Source of the DNA: Lingula anatina
Taxonomy: Eukaryota; Animalia; Brachiopoda
DNA: 64,000 bases
Direction of reading: 5' to 3'
Assembly: GCA_051362555.1 (NCBI GenBank)
Contig: CM120643.1
Location: forward strand, 6,882,001 to 6,946,000
Below, one piece after another: positions 53,001 to 64,000 of this stretch. The notes beneath the pieces are model-generated. The model had not been told where the DNA came from, did not search any database, and saw nothing but the letters and a program-made list of their open reading frames with translations. Both the position numbers and the translations under genes were made by a program. Positions within the stretch are counted from its first letter, which is position 1. Each line of letters begins with the position of its first letter.

Positions 53001-53894
53001 CACACAATAATAACTAGTTTAAGCTTTTCAACAAGGATCAGAATCAATAACTTGAAAGATCTTAGCATCACTTTTACCTCTTTTCAGCCCATTTTGAACT
53101 GCTACCATGTATCTATAGTGATGTTCACCAGAATATTTGGGAACAACTATGATACCACTTTGCTTTCTCTGAAATGATAATGACCACTATAATTATAAGG
53201 CAAAGGAAAAGAAAGGAAGGGAAAGGAAAGAAATGTAAAAATAAAACAATAATGTTTTGAAAATGATTACAGCAGAAACTGTTTTTATACTTTCATGCAG
53301 ACTAAATTTAAAATGTAAGTGCAACACAAAATTTTGTTTCACTCTCAGTACCTTCTTCCAATTGAACCAAATGATATAACTCGTGCTGAGTGACATAATG
53401 CCCAAAAACGCAAAGATGAATGCAAATGTGAGATTCTGGTACAGCATGATCTTTTGTGGAGCTTTTTTCAAGGCAAAAGCTAGCAAAGAAAAGAAAGGAT
53501 GTAGCTTAAAAATGGAAAGCAAGGAAGCAACCAAGGGCAAAGAGAAGTATAGGAAGCACGATTAATTTAAATGAATATAAAAAAATAGAGAAAGTAGGGT
53601 CTAATGAATTAGTCTCAAACAAAACAAAACAATAACACAAAGTAAGATGCTGAATGCATGGAACTTTGACAAACCAAATTAAAAAAAAAAACAAAAAAAC
53701 ATCACAATTTGTGCTAAATGAATGGTGAAAAAACATTGGTTCCCCGTGAGTTGTTTTAATGTATATCGCCTGCTTTGTAAACAAAAAAGGTGCAAAAGAG
53801 TTACATAAGTCTAAAGTTTGATGATATACTTACCTCCATGGAGAGGTTGCATGAGTAGCAACATCAACAAAACTTTGATCTTCAAGTTCTTCAT
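49133..53894 (-). CDS. Miniature polycystin-1-like (PKD1 family) PLAT-domain membrane protein, 11 coding exons, ~573 aa
   Basis: Exons 53894-53834, 53479-53352, 53168-53078, 52839-52702, 52256-52196, 51813-51700, 51464-51132, 50803-50590, 50254-50071, 49811-49758, 49476-49133; all GT-AG, phases match, 1722 nt open. Signal-like MKNLKIKVLLMLLLMQPLHG, TM1, PLAT (YRYMVAVQNGLKR..KVRLQLIGDQGVS..WFLLYTKESLGKLKKVVV..WNVLDITVYD), TM2-3, and PKD1-type TM4-5 (LPHFLIYPAFIL..VYGGEL..W..LFVFQTLK). Confidence 0.85.
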
Positions 53895-54029
53895 ACTGGC
53901 AAATTTTTTATATGTTCTCCCTGTATCAAATAATATGAAGCCGTGTACAACAAACACGTATATTTAAAAAATAAGTCGCGATTCAGCGAATAAACGAGAA
54001 ATTATCGATATTTCAAACAATTTGGACGG

Positions 54030-54130
54030 AGTTGACTTTGACTTCCGCCCAAATCTCACAAATGTCTGTTGCTAATTGACGTCACAGACACAATCAGCTC
54101 ACGTGACCATTGTGCTGGGATGTGCGGTTG
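54030..54130 (-). promoter_or_regulatory. Likely promoter of the PKD1-like gene
   Basis: CpG-retaining segment directly upstream of the first coding exon with X-box-like GTTGCTAATTGAC (54068-54080), palindromic CRE TGACGTCA (54077-54084) and E-box TCACGTGAC (54099-54107). Confidence 0.6.
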
Positions 54131-54327
54131 TGATGTTAAAACAGCCAAATCGATAATAATAGTTATAAATAACATTCACCTTAAGGTTCACTGCACAGCC
54201 TGATTGGGGCTTTAATAAATTACTTTAAAGAGGATAAGTATGGTTTATGTTATCTTTCGTATTTGTTTGAATATATGCATATATATCTACTTAAATAGAA
54301 GACAGTGGAAGACTGGCTGCACTAATA

Positions 54328-55896
54328 GGGGAGACCGGGGCTAGTTGGACCCCGGGGTAAGTTGGCCCCCCGTCAATTTATGAAAAAGTAACTACGAGGT
54401 AAAAAAATTGGTCACATACTCTTGTAAAGTGACCGTAGCCTACAATACTAAGGAAGTGTCGGACGTTAATAAGTTTTACTTAAGCGGTGAGTCCAAATAA
54501 ACGATTTTTGCACCCAAAAGTAATTTTGTTTATCAGAATTAAAAATCTATTTTCATAGGCTTTTGATCGAATATAATATATGTATAGGGCATCAAACTGA
54601 AGCTCATTGTTTCAAGTTTCACAGAGATATATCATCGTCGCTCATTCTAGCATCATAAATGGTTGTCATGCTTTAAAATAAAAAAAGGTGCACCCGGGGC
54701 TAGTTGGCTCCCTAGAATCGGGGCAAGTTGGACCCTCATATTACCCACAATCCTTTGCGTGCAACGCTGTTTGAAATAAACAAGGTGGTGAAATTGACAA
54801 AGCTTGCCGGTGTTTACCGTCTGATTGATTTCATGTAATTGGCTCTCTGGTGTCTTTTCGATAATTTATATTAGAAATGTTCTGTTGATTGTATGTATTA
54901 AAAAGTAAATCCATTGGACTTTCCTTAGAAAAATATTTATTTTGTCTTAATTCATTTTTAGGGGATTCCCTTTGTATTTATAGTGTTATATGTGGCCCCA
55001 AGGGGATTTTCCACCCCTCCCTAGCTAGAGACCATTGTTGAAACAAACTCAATGGTTTAAAACTGAATTTGTTACTTTCTTTTAAAACGAAAATTTATTA
55101 TTCGTTTTCATTCATTAAAAACCTGCTTTATACCATTATTAATTTATTCTTAATTAAAACAAAACAAATTTTATTGATAGATATTTTGGTTCTTGCAGCA
55201 CATACCCCCCCCCCCCCCCCTACAACGTGACGTACGGAAACCTCAATAAATCTGCCTCATTTGAACTATTTATTCATCAAAGACTCAAAAATCAATTTAA
55301 TAAATAAAAAATGTATAAAAATGTATTTCGAGGCGTTTACAAGGGATATATACTTCATTTTCGTATAGAGGGGCCAACTTGCCCCGACATTACTGTCCTT
55401 AGGGCCATCTTGCCCCGTTGCGGGGCAAGTTGGCCCCCTTGACGTCAACTGCGTCTTTTGACAAATTGTGAGCCATCTGGCATTATATTTGAAAAATAAT
55501 GACGTTGTATACGTAGCTTAATTAATGGGCCTTACTTTGAAACCGGTTTTGTTACCCAAAAATCAATTTAATAAATAAAAAATGTATAAAAATGTATTTC
55601 GAGGCGTTTACAAGGGATATATACTTCATTTTCGTATAGAGGGGCCAACTTGCCCCGACATTACTGTCCTTAGGGCCATCTTGCCCCGTTGCGGGGCAAG
55701 TTGGCCCCCTTGACGTCAACTGCGTCTTTTGACAAATTGTGAGCCATCTGGCATTATATTTGAAAAATAATGACGTTGTATACGTAGCTTAATTAATGGG
55801 CCTTACTTTGAAACCGGTTTTGTTACTATAACCCATTCCTAGTTGGCTCTACAAGGCCAAAAGTGTCTAACTGGGCCAACTAGCCCCGGTCTCCCC
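54328..55896. mobile_element. Non-autonomous TA-TSD DNA transposon (Tc1/mariner-pogo-like)
   Basis: 21-bp perfect TIRs GGGGAGACCGGGGCTAGTTGG, TA on both sides (54326-54327, 55897-55898), internal ggggcaagttgg.ccc repeats. Confidence 0.9.
55286..55826. repeat. Near-identical 270-bp tandem duplication inside the TA-TSD element
   Basis: 55286-55555 repeats at 55557-55826. Confidence 0.95.
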
Positions 55897-56732
55897 TATC
55901 ATTAGCAGGGGCGGATCCAGGATTATTTAAAGAGGGTGTCCGCGGATGCGAAGTTGACCCCCACCCCCCCTTTGGCGTGGGTTCGGGGGCTGCTGAAGAT
56001 CCCCGAAAAAATGGTAGCTTTTGAGGGCGGACGGTGTCATCTGGTACTGATTAAAATTATGATTCAGCTAGTCAAAATTCTTATTTCAGGAGGGGATCAT
56101 TGGTGCGATTTTTTACAGAAATCGAAAAGGGGGGGGGGGGGGGTAGGAGCCCCCTGAATAAAGGTTAGACATGAATCTCAGCAATATTATTATTACTTAA
56201 ATACACATCTGAATCCTGCACATGTGCACACACACACACGCGTGCACTGGTATATGCACACTATATTGCAGAGCATAATTTAGCCTTTGACACAAGAGCT
56301 CCGAGAACTGGAGTAGTTTTCAATGGATGTCAACGTAAGCGACGCAGATGTGTCAACCTCATCCACCAGACCCAAAGGCGTTCCAAAATGAGCCCAACAC
56401 ACTTAAAAACATGTCATACAAAGTTTAAATACCTCTACTGAGTATGTAAAATTCAACAAGTATGTAAAAGTCAAGATTTCGTCGCTGTCAGTCACAAGCA
56501 GGTACCTCTGTCTAAACGGCCTTGACCTATTATCATATTATTTCACTAGAGTCTATGCCAATCTAAGTGTGCATATATTTAATTTTATTTCTTCACCATG
56601 ATTTTCTGTCGCAAAAGAAGTCCTAAATAAATAATTAACCACACTAGAATGACTTTATTTTATAGTTTGATATGAGTGTGGTTTGTGTGACTGCATTGAG
56701 GTGGGTAACAGTTAAGACAATTCCTTTTTGAA

Positions 56733-57110
56733 CGGTGACAAGTGGGTCGAGTCCATTCGATTTGAGGAGTTACAGTTAGGACGAGTCCATTCTATTTGAG
56801 GGGTAACAGGTAGGGCGAGTCTATTCCATTTGAGGGGTTGCAGGTGGGGCGAGTCCATTCCATCTGAGGGGTGACAGGTGGGCCAAGTCCATTCTTTTTG
56901 AGGGGTGGCAGGTTGGGTGAGTCCATTTCATCTGAGGGGTGACAGGTGAGGCGAGTCCATTCCATTTGAGGGGTGGCAGGTGAGGCGAGTCCATTCCATC
57001 TGAAGGGGTGACAGGAGGGGCGAGTTCATTTCATCTGAGGGGTGACAGGTGGGGCGATTCCATTCTTTTTGAGGGGTGACAGGTGAGGCGTGTTCGTCCG
57101 ATTTGAGGAG
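56733..57110. repeat. G-rich minisatellite, 34-bp unit, ~11 copies
   Basis: tgaggggtgacaggtggggcgagtccattccatt variants in tandem. Confidence 0.95.
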
Positions 57111-59096
57111 CGCATGCACGTGAAATCACCACAAAATTACATTATAATGTCCGTGGAATTAACTTTATAAAATATATTTTTTTAAATATTGTGTTAGCAA
57201 AGTTTTGGGGGGATATAAACTTGTATCATGCAGAATTAATCATTAAATTATTGGTCTTAAAAATTTGCTTTTCCACAATTTCATATAAATATAACCTTTT
57301 TGTCGGTACATTTGTGACTGTGTGGAAATAAATCTACGTCACAAAATTAAATTAAGGGATCAATATATTTAAAACATTTTTTTTTTTGAAGAAGCAAACT
57401 GTTGCCATTTCAAGTGTGTCTCTCAACTTTCTCATTTTTTCCGTTTAAATTTTAAATTGAAGTATTTATATGACAAGAAGATCGTGAAATTTGAACCAAT
57501 TTTCTGCAACAATAACCAGAATCCTTCAAAAATGGTCCCATATTAAAATTGAGAGAATGATATCTGGGAGGACGTACTCATTTATTCCAAGAGATATAAA
57601 AAACTGTCTAACTACAGAATAAAATACAGAATAGCTTTTCAAAAAGCAAAATCGTAAATTCACACATTGTATTTATAAATGTGGGCTGTTGGAAAATCTT
57701 GAACGTGTATTCTTAAAATGCTCAAACTCAATAATTTACAAAATACTAGGAATATTTACAAACTTAAAAAAAAATCTTTTGGTTTTAGATATCTTCTGTT
57801 ACTGCAGAAATCAACAATCCCAAACACAATATTTACAGATCAGTTTTAGCGGATTTAATTCGAAAGTGCTCAAACAGTTTTTATACCTTTATTATTACCA
57901 CTATTATCTTATCGACATTATTTCATATCAAAGTAAAAGAAACAAGCAATGACAAACTTATCTATTCAGCTTTTATTAAAATGCATGAATTTGAGTTTGG
58001 TTCCAGAAAGTGAATGAAAAACTTGGTTGCTAGCAGGCGGGTGTTGTGCAGTACTCAGTATCTCAGCTGACTTCTGAAATGAGAAAGTAATGTAAACAAT
58101 ATTTGACTAAACGGGCAGACTTGGAAAATACAACAATGCATTTTACATCAAAATGAAGAGGGCGCTGACTTGTCCGATGTTCAGGCTCAGATAGCACCCC
58201 TCAAAAAACCAATCTACATCGTGTTGACCTTACGCCAAAATTAAGATCTGAGATTATTAATAAAGATATTTGAGATATCTTGCTTTGTAAAAATAAACAT
58301 TGAAAACAATCCTTTAATTCGTGGAGGTTATTACTAAGGACGTTAATTTATTTTACCTACTATTCAATGTTGTAATATCGAAAATCGCTATGCAACACGC
58401 GTTTGTGCGTCATATTTTGACCATAAAATTGATGTACACGTTGATAGGGCACACTTGTCTTTGGACCAAAAGCTCAGAACTGTGGCAAGTACAGTATTAT
58501 CATCTAAATTAGTCCGTGATTTTTGTGGTAATATTCCCATTTACTTTTAAGCTAGCTTATATTCTGAGTGACATAAAAGAAACGACAGGCAAAACATAAC
58601 AAAGAATCGCAACATAAATCCTTTTCGTAATTTTCCTTGCATTCTTTCACGCTTTGTATATCTACTGACTAAGGTTACTAAGAAAAAATGATACTTACGG
58701 AACATGCATTTGTGTCTTCCCCTCATAAAAGTTCGACCTTGCAACTGTACCACACATGCTGTTGCGTCTTCACCCTGATGTGTCCTACTGCCTAGTGAGC
58801 ATTGGGGAAGACAGCTCGCACTATGATGAGCAACTTATTGTTATGCAAATTACAGACAGGTATGGCCCATTTTAGGTGAGGGACTGTGGCTGGAACTGTT
58901 CACGAATGTTCACTGCCAAAATCATGTAGATGAAGATTTGACTGAGGTCCACTTGTTGTTAAAATACACCATTTTATTCCACAAATATAGCGCATGCGTC
59001 TTTCATCATGCGGTTTGATTCAACACTTCCACAAAACTCAACGCCAGGGAAAGAGAATATTGATAGTGGCGGATTTAGAGGGGGCCAGGGAGGTCG

Positions 59097-59332
59097 TGAC
59101 CCCCTCTTCGGTTTCTGAAAAAATTACACTAATATTCCCCTCTTGTTTTGATTTTTTTCAATTGAGGCTTACTGTCTGGTAACTCTCAGATTTAGGTTGA
59201 TGATTTTGAGTTTCTATGACCCCCTCTTCGGTTTCTGAAAAAAATTACACTAATATTCCCCTCTTGTTTTGATTTTTTTCAATTGAGGCTTACTGTCTGG
59301 TAACTCTCAGATTTAGGTTGATGATTTTGAGT
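59097..59332. repeat. ~120-bp tandem duplication spanning a MITE fragment junction
   Basis: tgaccccctcttcggtttctg...gatgattttgagt at 59097-59212 and 59217-59332. Confidence 0.9.
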
Positions 59333-59627
59333 AACAGCAAGCTGACTTCAAGTAGTAGACCTAGTAGTTAAAATAGAATAAAGAAAAAATATAAGGTCAC
59401 AAATCGCAAAGAGATATTATAGGGAAAGATGATGACGAATTTTCCGTTTTGAAAAAGAAATTAAAAATAGGGCCTAATGCTATCGGCGATTAAGGACAAC
59501 AGTACCAAAAATGCGATCAAATTCCATTTCCGGCTATATTTTGCTTGTTATACCTTTAAAAATTAATAACTACAGGGTTACTACTTAATACTTTGTTGCT
59601 TTTGCATGGGGGCACGTACGCGCGCTC

Positions 59628-59661
<34 letters not shown>

Positions 59662-62600
59662 TTAACGTTAGAACGTGATATTAGACTACAATGTGATTTA
59701 TTTGACTTTCATTTGAAAAAATGATGTCCTTTTTGAATGTGGTAGGCATCATGTTTGTAGAATGTGGCGTCTCTTACAATGACCCGTTCGAAAGAAAGTT
59801 GAAATAACAAGATTTTGCAAATTAGATAGATAATATATAATAATTTATTAAACCAATAAAATACAAATGTATAACATCTGGAATTTTTTGCCCTGTAATA
59901 GCACCATTATTGAATAAAACTTTTTAAATGTACTAGAATGAAATTACGTATTAGTGTGAAAAAGAATTACTGCTGAAGGATAAAAGCTAGATAAAAATCA
60001 CTTACTACCCTCAAAAACTAAAAGCATCGAGATACTGGGTAAAAATTTGAATAGAATTTGAGCTGGATCAGTCATGATGGAAGCTGTTTTATTCTTAACC
60101 CTATCGAGATAAAATGAATGAATGGAAGTATTGGCAAGTGCGACCGCCCATCACATAATCCCAGCAGTTGAGTTAAAACTGGCGGCGAATAAACATGAGT
60201 AAACTGAAAAAGAAAAAAGTCTTTTCCATTCATCAGTACCTCTGGAGATGTCGCGTTGTCTTTTGGCGTAGTCACTGTATCTATTACACCTATACTAACT
60301 TATCAGTGTAATGATTGACGTGTGTTTATATAACTGTCAATTTCATTCAGGGTAGATAAAGTGAGCTGATAACTTGGTTTTAATCTCTTTTTTAAACAGC
60401 TCTCAGAAGTTTATCATTTTTCTCCAATGAACAAAGCTTAAGCTAAGTTATTTTCACCTCACCTGTGATAAAATAGATCGCACTACATGTAGTGTGTTTC
60501 ACCAGCCATAGATAATATACATATTTTAAACTACGCAAATAAAGAGTTCCTTTGTTTTCTCCCACTCAAATTTATACTTCTGAGGGCCATGACTCTCTTC
60601 GACAGCTTTAGTTATCATCTGAGTGTTAATTGAGATTGGCATTTGTTTATGGTAAAATTTGATTTGTTATGTAAATGGTATTTTTCTCTAAGTGGCCTTT
60701 GATCCTCTTTTTTTCTGACACTCGCCGCACATTTGTAAAAAAACATCTGGAAAAACTTAAAATAGACGTCTTCGTTACCCTGGCCAGTGGTGGAATCACG
60801 AACGCAGGTTTTGATAATTATACAATATATGGTGACTTGTGCCCCCCCCCCCCCCACTCCATTCAAAGTTGGGGTTTGGAAATATATGATAGTCAACATC
60901 AATTTCATACACCACTGTTAACGAACTTTAAATATTGAAGACATTTTTCGGCGTTTTCTTCTGTTAAATATTTGTGAGAGTGGGTCAAAATCGTTTTTCA
61001 AGTGGTCGCAGGCAGTGTAACAGGGACACTAGGTAGAGCTACACGAAGTGGGATTGTAGTAATTTTTCTGTGAGCCGTCGTCCTCTACAGCTGGGCATGA
61101 CGTACCGTCTGGCCACACGGGGCGCTAGTAGTCTTATCTGGTACAAAAATACTGAAAAGTGATTTTTTAAAAATACTATATGTAAGGGCCCCTGATATTA
61201 GAGGGTAGGCACGCCACTGCTCGTCATCTGTTAAAGGAGAAACTAAAATGATTTTCACTATCAATAAGTACTAGTGTGATAGGGACCATTCCCAGACCCT
61301 ATCGTACTAACTGTGGATCGATCTATCTCCGAGTGGATTCTCGCTAAATTACAGTTAACTTAAGCGGCTTAGATGTCTGTCACGCCTACTGAAACTGCTA
61401 GGGGGTAATTATCGTTAAGCAGCTTCTGTAGGCCTATCGTTCGCATCCACGTACTCAGTGGGAGATCAAATGCCTTGAACATGTTCTAAACAATTCCACG
61501 CGCTGCTTATATCTTCATTTTATTACGCAGGAATCAGGGTGTTGGGAGATCGATTATAGAAATAAGAACGGTTGAGAGAACAGAAAATATTTGATCAATC
61601 TTTAACTAGAGAGGGGATTTAAATGATACTATTAGGCTCCATAGAGGCGTTCAAAAATTGTGCTGCTGTCGGTATTTCACGAAGTCAGCAAGGGGTATTG
61701 GACATAGTTTTCACTCAGCAATAACCACGCCTCGGTGTATGGGAGTTGTAGATCCCACACTGAAAATGCCAATAAAAAATGAAAATTTACCCCCAAAAAT
61801 TCATTACAAAAAAAAAAAAAAAAAAAGAAAAAAAAAGAAATAAAATAAAAATAATCCAATGAGACTAGTATTCTGCAGTGGTGGATTTGGGGGGGGGGGG
61901 GGGGGGGGTCAGGAGGTCCTGACCCCCCTCCTTCGGTTTCTGAAAAATATATCACAACCAATATTCCCCTCTTGAAATTAGAATTTTGACTAGCTGAATC
62001 ATAGTTCTAAACCATACCAAGTGGTGCCATTCACCCTCTAAAATACCAATTTTTTTCTGGCCCTTTACCACACGCCACTGGGGGGTTGGGGGGGGAAGGG
62101 GGGTAAATGGTCAGCTTCACATCCGCGGACACCCCCCCCCCCAGTGGCAGTAATAGGGTTTTTGTCAATTTTAATGTAATATTACATAATGCTTAATCAC
62201 CACCAATTTTAATCATGCACAGCAGGTAACATAGATATTCAGGAAATGTGACAAGCAAAAGGTCTTCAGGAAGATGGAAGTTGAAGATCACACCTTAAAT
62301 TAGTGAAAAATGAAAATTTCACAAAAATTGTCCAACTTTATGAAGAATGTTTAATTTAGTAATATACATCATTCCTTTAGTTTGAAGAGAATAGTAGGTC
62401 AAATTGTTTTTCCTCAAAGGGTGATATCTGCAGACATGAACCTAGGTTTCAAAAAAAAAAAAATTAATAATAATAAAAAAATAAAATAAAAAAAAAACCT
62501 CTGAACATTTATCATGGGACCCTACACCTAACCAGCCAGGGGTCCGGGGGCCACCTTAGGAATTGAATTAAAAAACACAGAAATTCCGCGGTTCCATGGA

Positions 62601-64000
62601 AAAAGCTCATGTCCGTATCTGTATTGCATTTATACTGAAGTAAATACAGAAACCAACAACTTTTGAAAAAAATGGTACAACCAAGTGGATTTTCTACCTC
62701 CACCTGTACTTAATGAATACTTATCAGTTGTATAAGTTTGAAAAAATAAGTTTACATAGTTTTCTTATAATAATATTTTAGTTAAACCATCACTTGAAAT
62801 GCACTGCCACTTTTTGTTGAAGATCTTAGGGTGCATTCCTATAGATTTAAGATCCATCTATCCCAATGGGGAGTCTCACTAGATTAGATAGATTAGATGT
62901 CAGATAATCTGGCTTAAATGTCCTTCCTGCCTACTACAAGCTGTAAGGGGGTAATTATCTTCCGTCCGTGGTCAGCTGACTGCAATTTAGCATGAACCCC
63001 CAGGGAGTTAGGTCGATCTAGTGAGATCGTTCTAATTCTCTGGGAATGCCCTCTTACATTTCCTCTGTAGCTGCTGCTTAAATTGCAATACCTCATGTGA
63101 ATTGGCTTCAGAATAGATGGTTATTTACTATGTAAGAGAGCAAGAAAGTTTTATATGTATTTTGTTTCATTTAGTTTTTAGGGACTTCTTTAAATACAAT
63201 TTTTTAAAAATTATCCTAGTATTTGAAGTAAAGTTCTTAGCTTTTAAATCTTCAGAGTTAAGACAATAACCCATTTCACGCGTTCAAGTTGGATAATTTT
63301 ATTTTGTTAGTACATCTTTAGGTTTACTATTTAGAAAATGATTTCCCATCATATTTGATCTGTTTCTACCTGTAGTGAAACAAAGAAAGCTGAGACGCAG
63401 TTTTTTGGTGCACAGAGAATTTTGAGTGTAAAAGGTAAAAGAGACGAAATGTTAACAACTACTTAGTTTACCTTTTCAATATACTTTTAGCTTGAAAATG
63501 GCTTTTATATTGTTATTTTTGCTGAATTTGAGCAACTTTATACAACTCTAATGAATATGCATTATAGGGCAGTCATCACCTACTTTGATGGAATGAAATA
63601 TTTCTAATAATACTTTTAAACATCTTTTATTTCCAGACAACATGAAAGGTGTACAATGCTTTACACCTCTAACAATTCAATTAGTGAGATAACAAATCTA
63701 ACATCAGAACATTCAACATAACTCACCATAAACATTTCCCTTCTGCAAGCATTTGCCTCATTTTCAATTTCCATATTACTGTGATTACAGGACCAACCTG
63801 GAAGGGGGTGATTAAGACACCCCTGCACACCCCTTAAACAATCAGAGTGTACCCCAATACTGTAACTTTAACACTGTCTTCACACCAAATGTCAGTCACT
63901 ATGTCAGTGCTCAAAGACAATATAAGAAAACAGAATTCATTATTTTTTAAAGTCACTTGTGAAGATTCTCAACCATGAATATGCACTATTATGATATGGC

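Noticed and set aside
56000-64000. Short ORFs in the last 8 kb, including possible upstream ectodomain exons of the PKD1-like gene
   Set aside because: No recognisable domains or phase-consistent exon chain found by eye; small exons could have been missed.

Overview
AT-rich, intron-containing animal (probably invertebrate) genomic DNA dominated by transposon debris; no prokaryotic operons, CRISPR arrays or rRNA. All gene models below were built by hand from GT-AG sites and phase matching. Main content: (1) an apparently intact 11-exon minus-strand gene (49133-53894, ~573 aa) encoding a miniature polycystin-1-like protein: signal peptide, TM1, PLAT, TM2-5, then stop, with neither the GAIN/REJ ectodomain nor the 6-TM channel half, behind an X-box-like/CRE/E-box promoter; (2) a nest of PIF/Harbinger elements (34663-45886): a 4-exon transposase, a complete two-gene element (37546-42816, CAG TSD) with an 8-exon Myb/SANT gene and a transposase with a GA donor at intron 1, and a MITE that sits inside the TIR of a relative and carries inverted pieces of the neighbouring transposase gene; (3) an EnSpm/CACTA element (10113-13113, TC TSD) carrying an old Gypsy LTR relic; (4) a decayed LDL-receptor-family pseudogene split by a 5-kb higher-order satellite; (5) a ~1.7-kb duplicated non-coding block with a highly conserved promoter-like core; (6) relics of Ginger, hAT, P, Tc1, Penelope, Helentron-like and tRNA-SINE elements, and several minisatellites.
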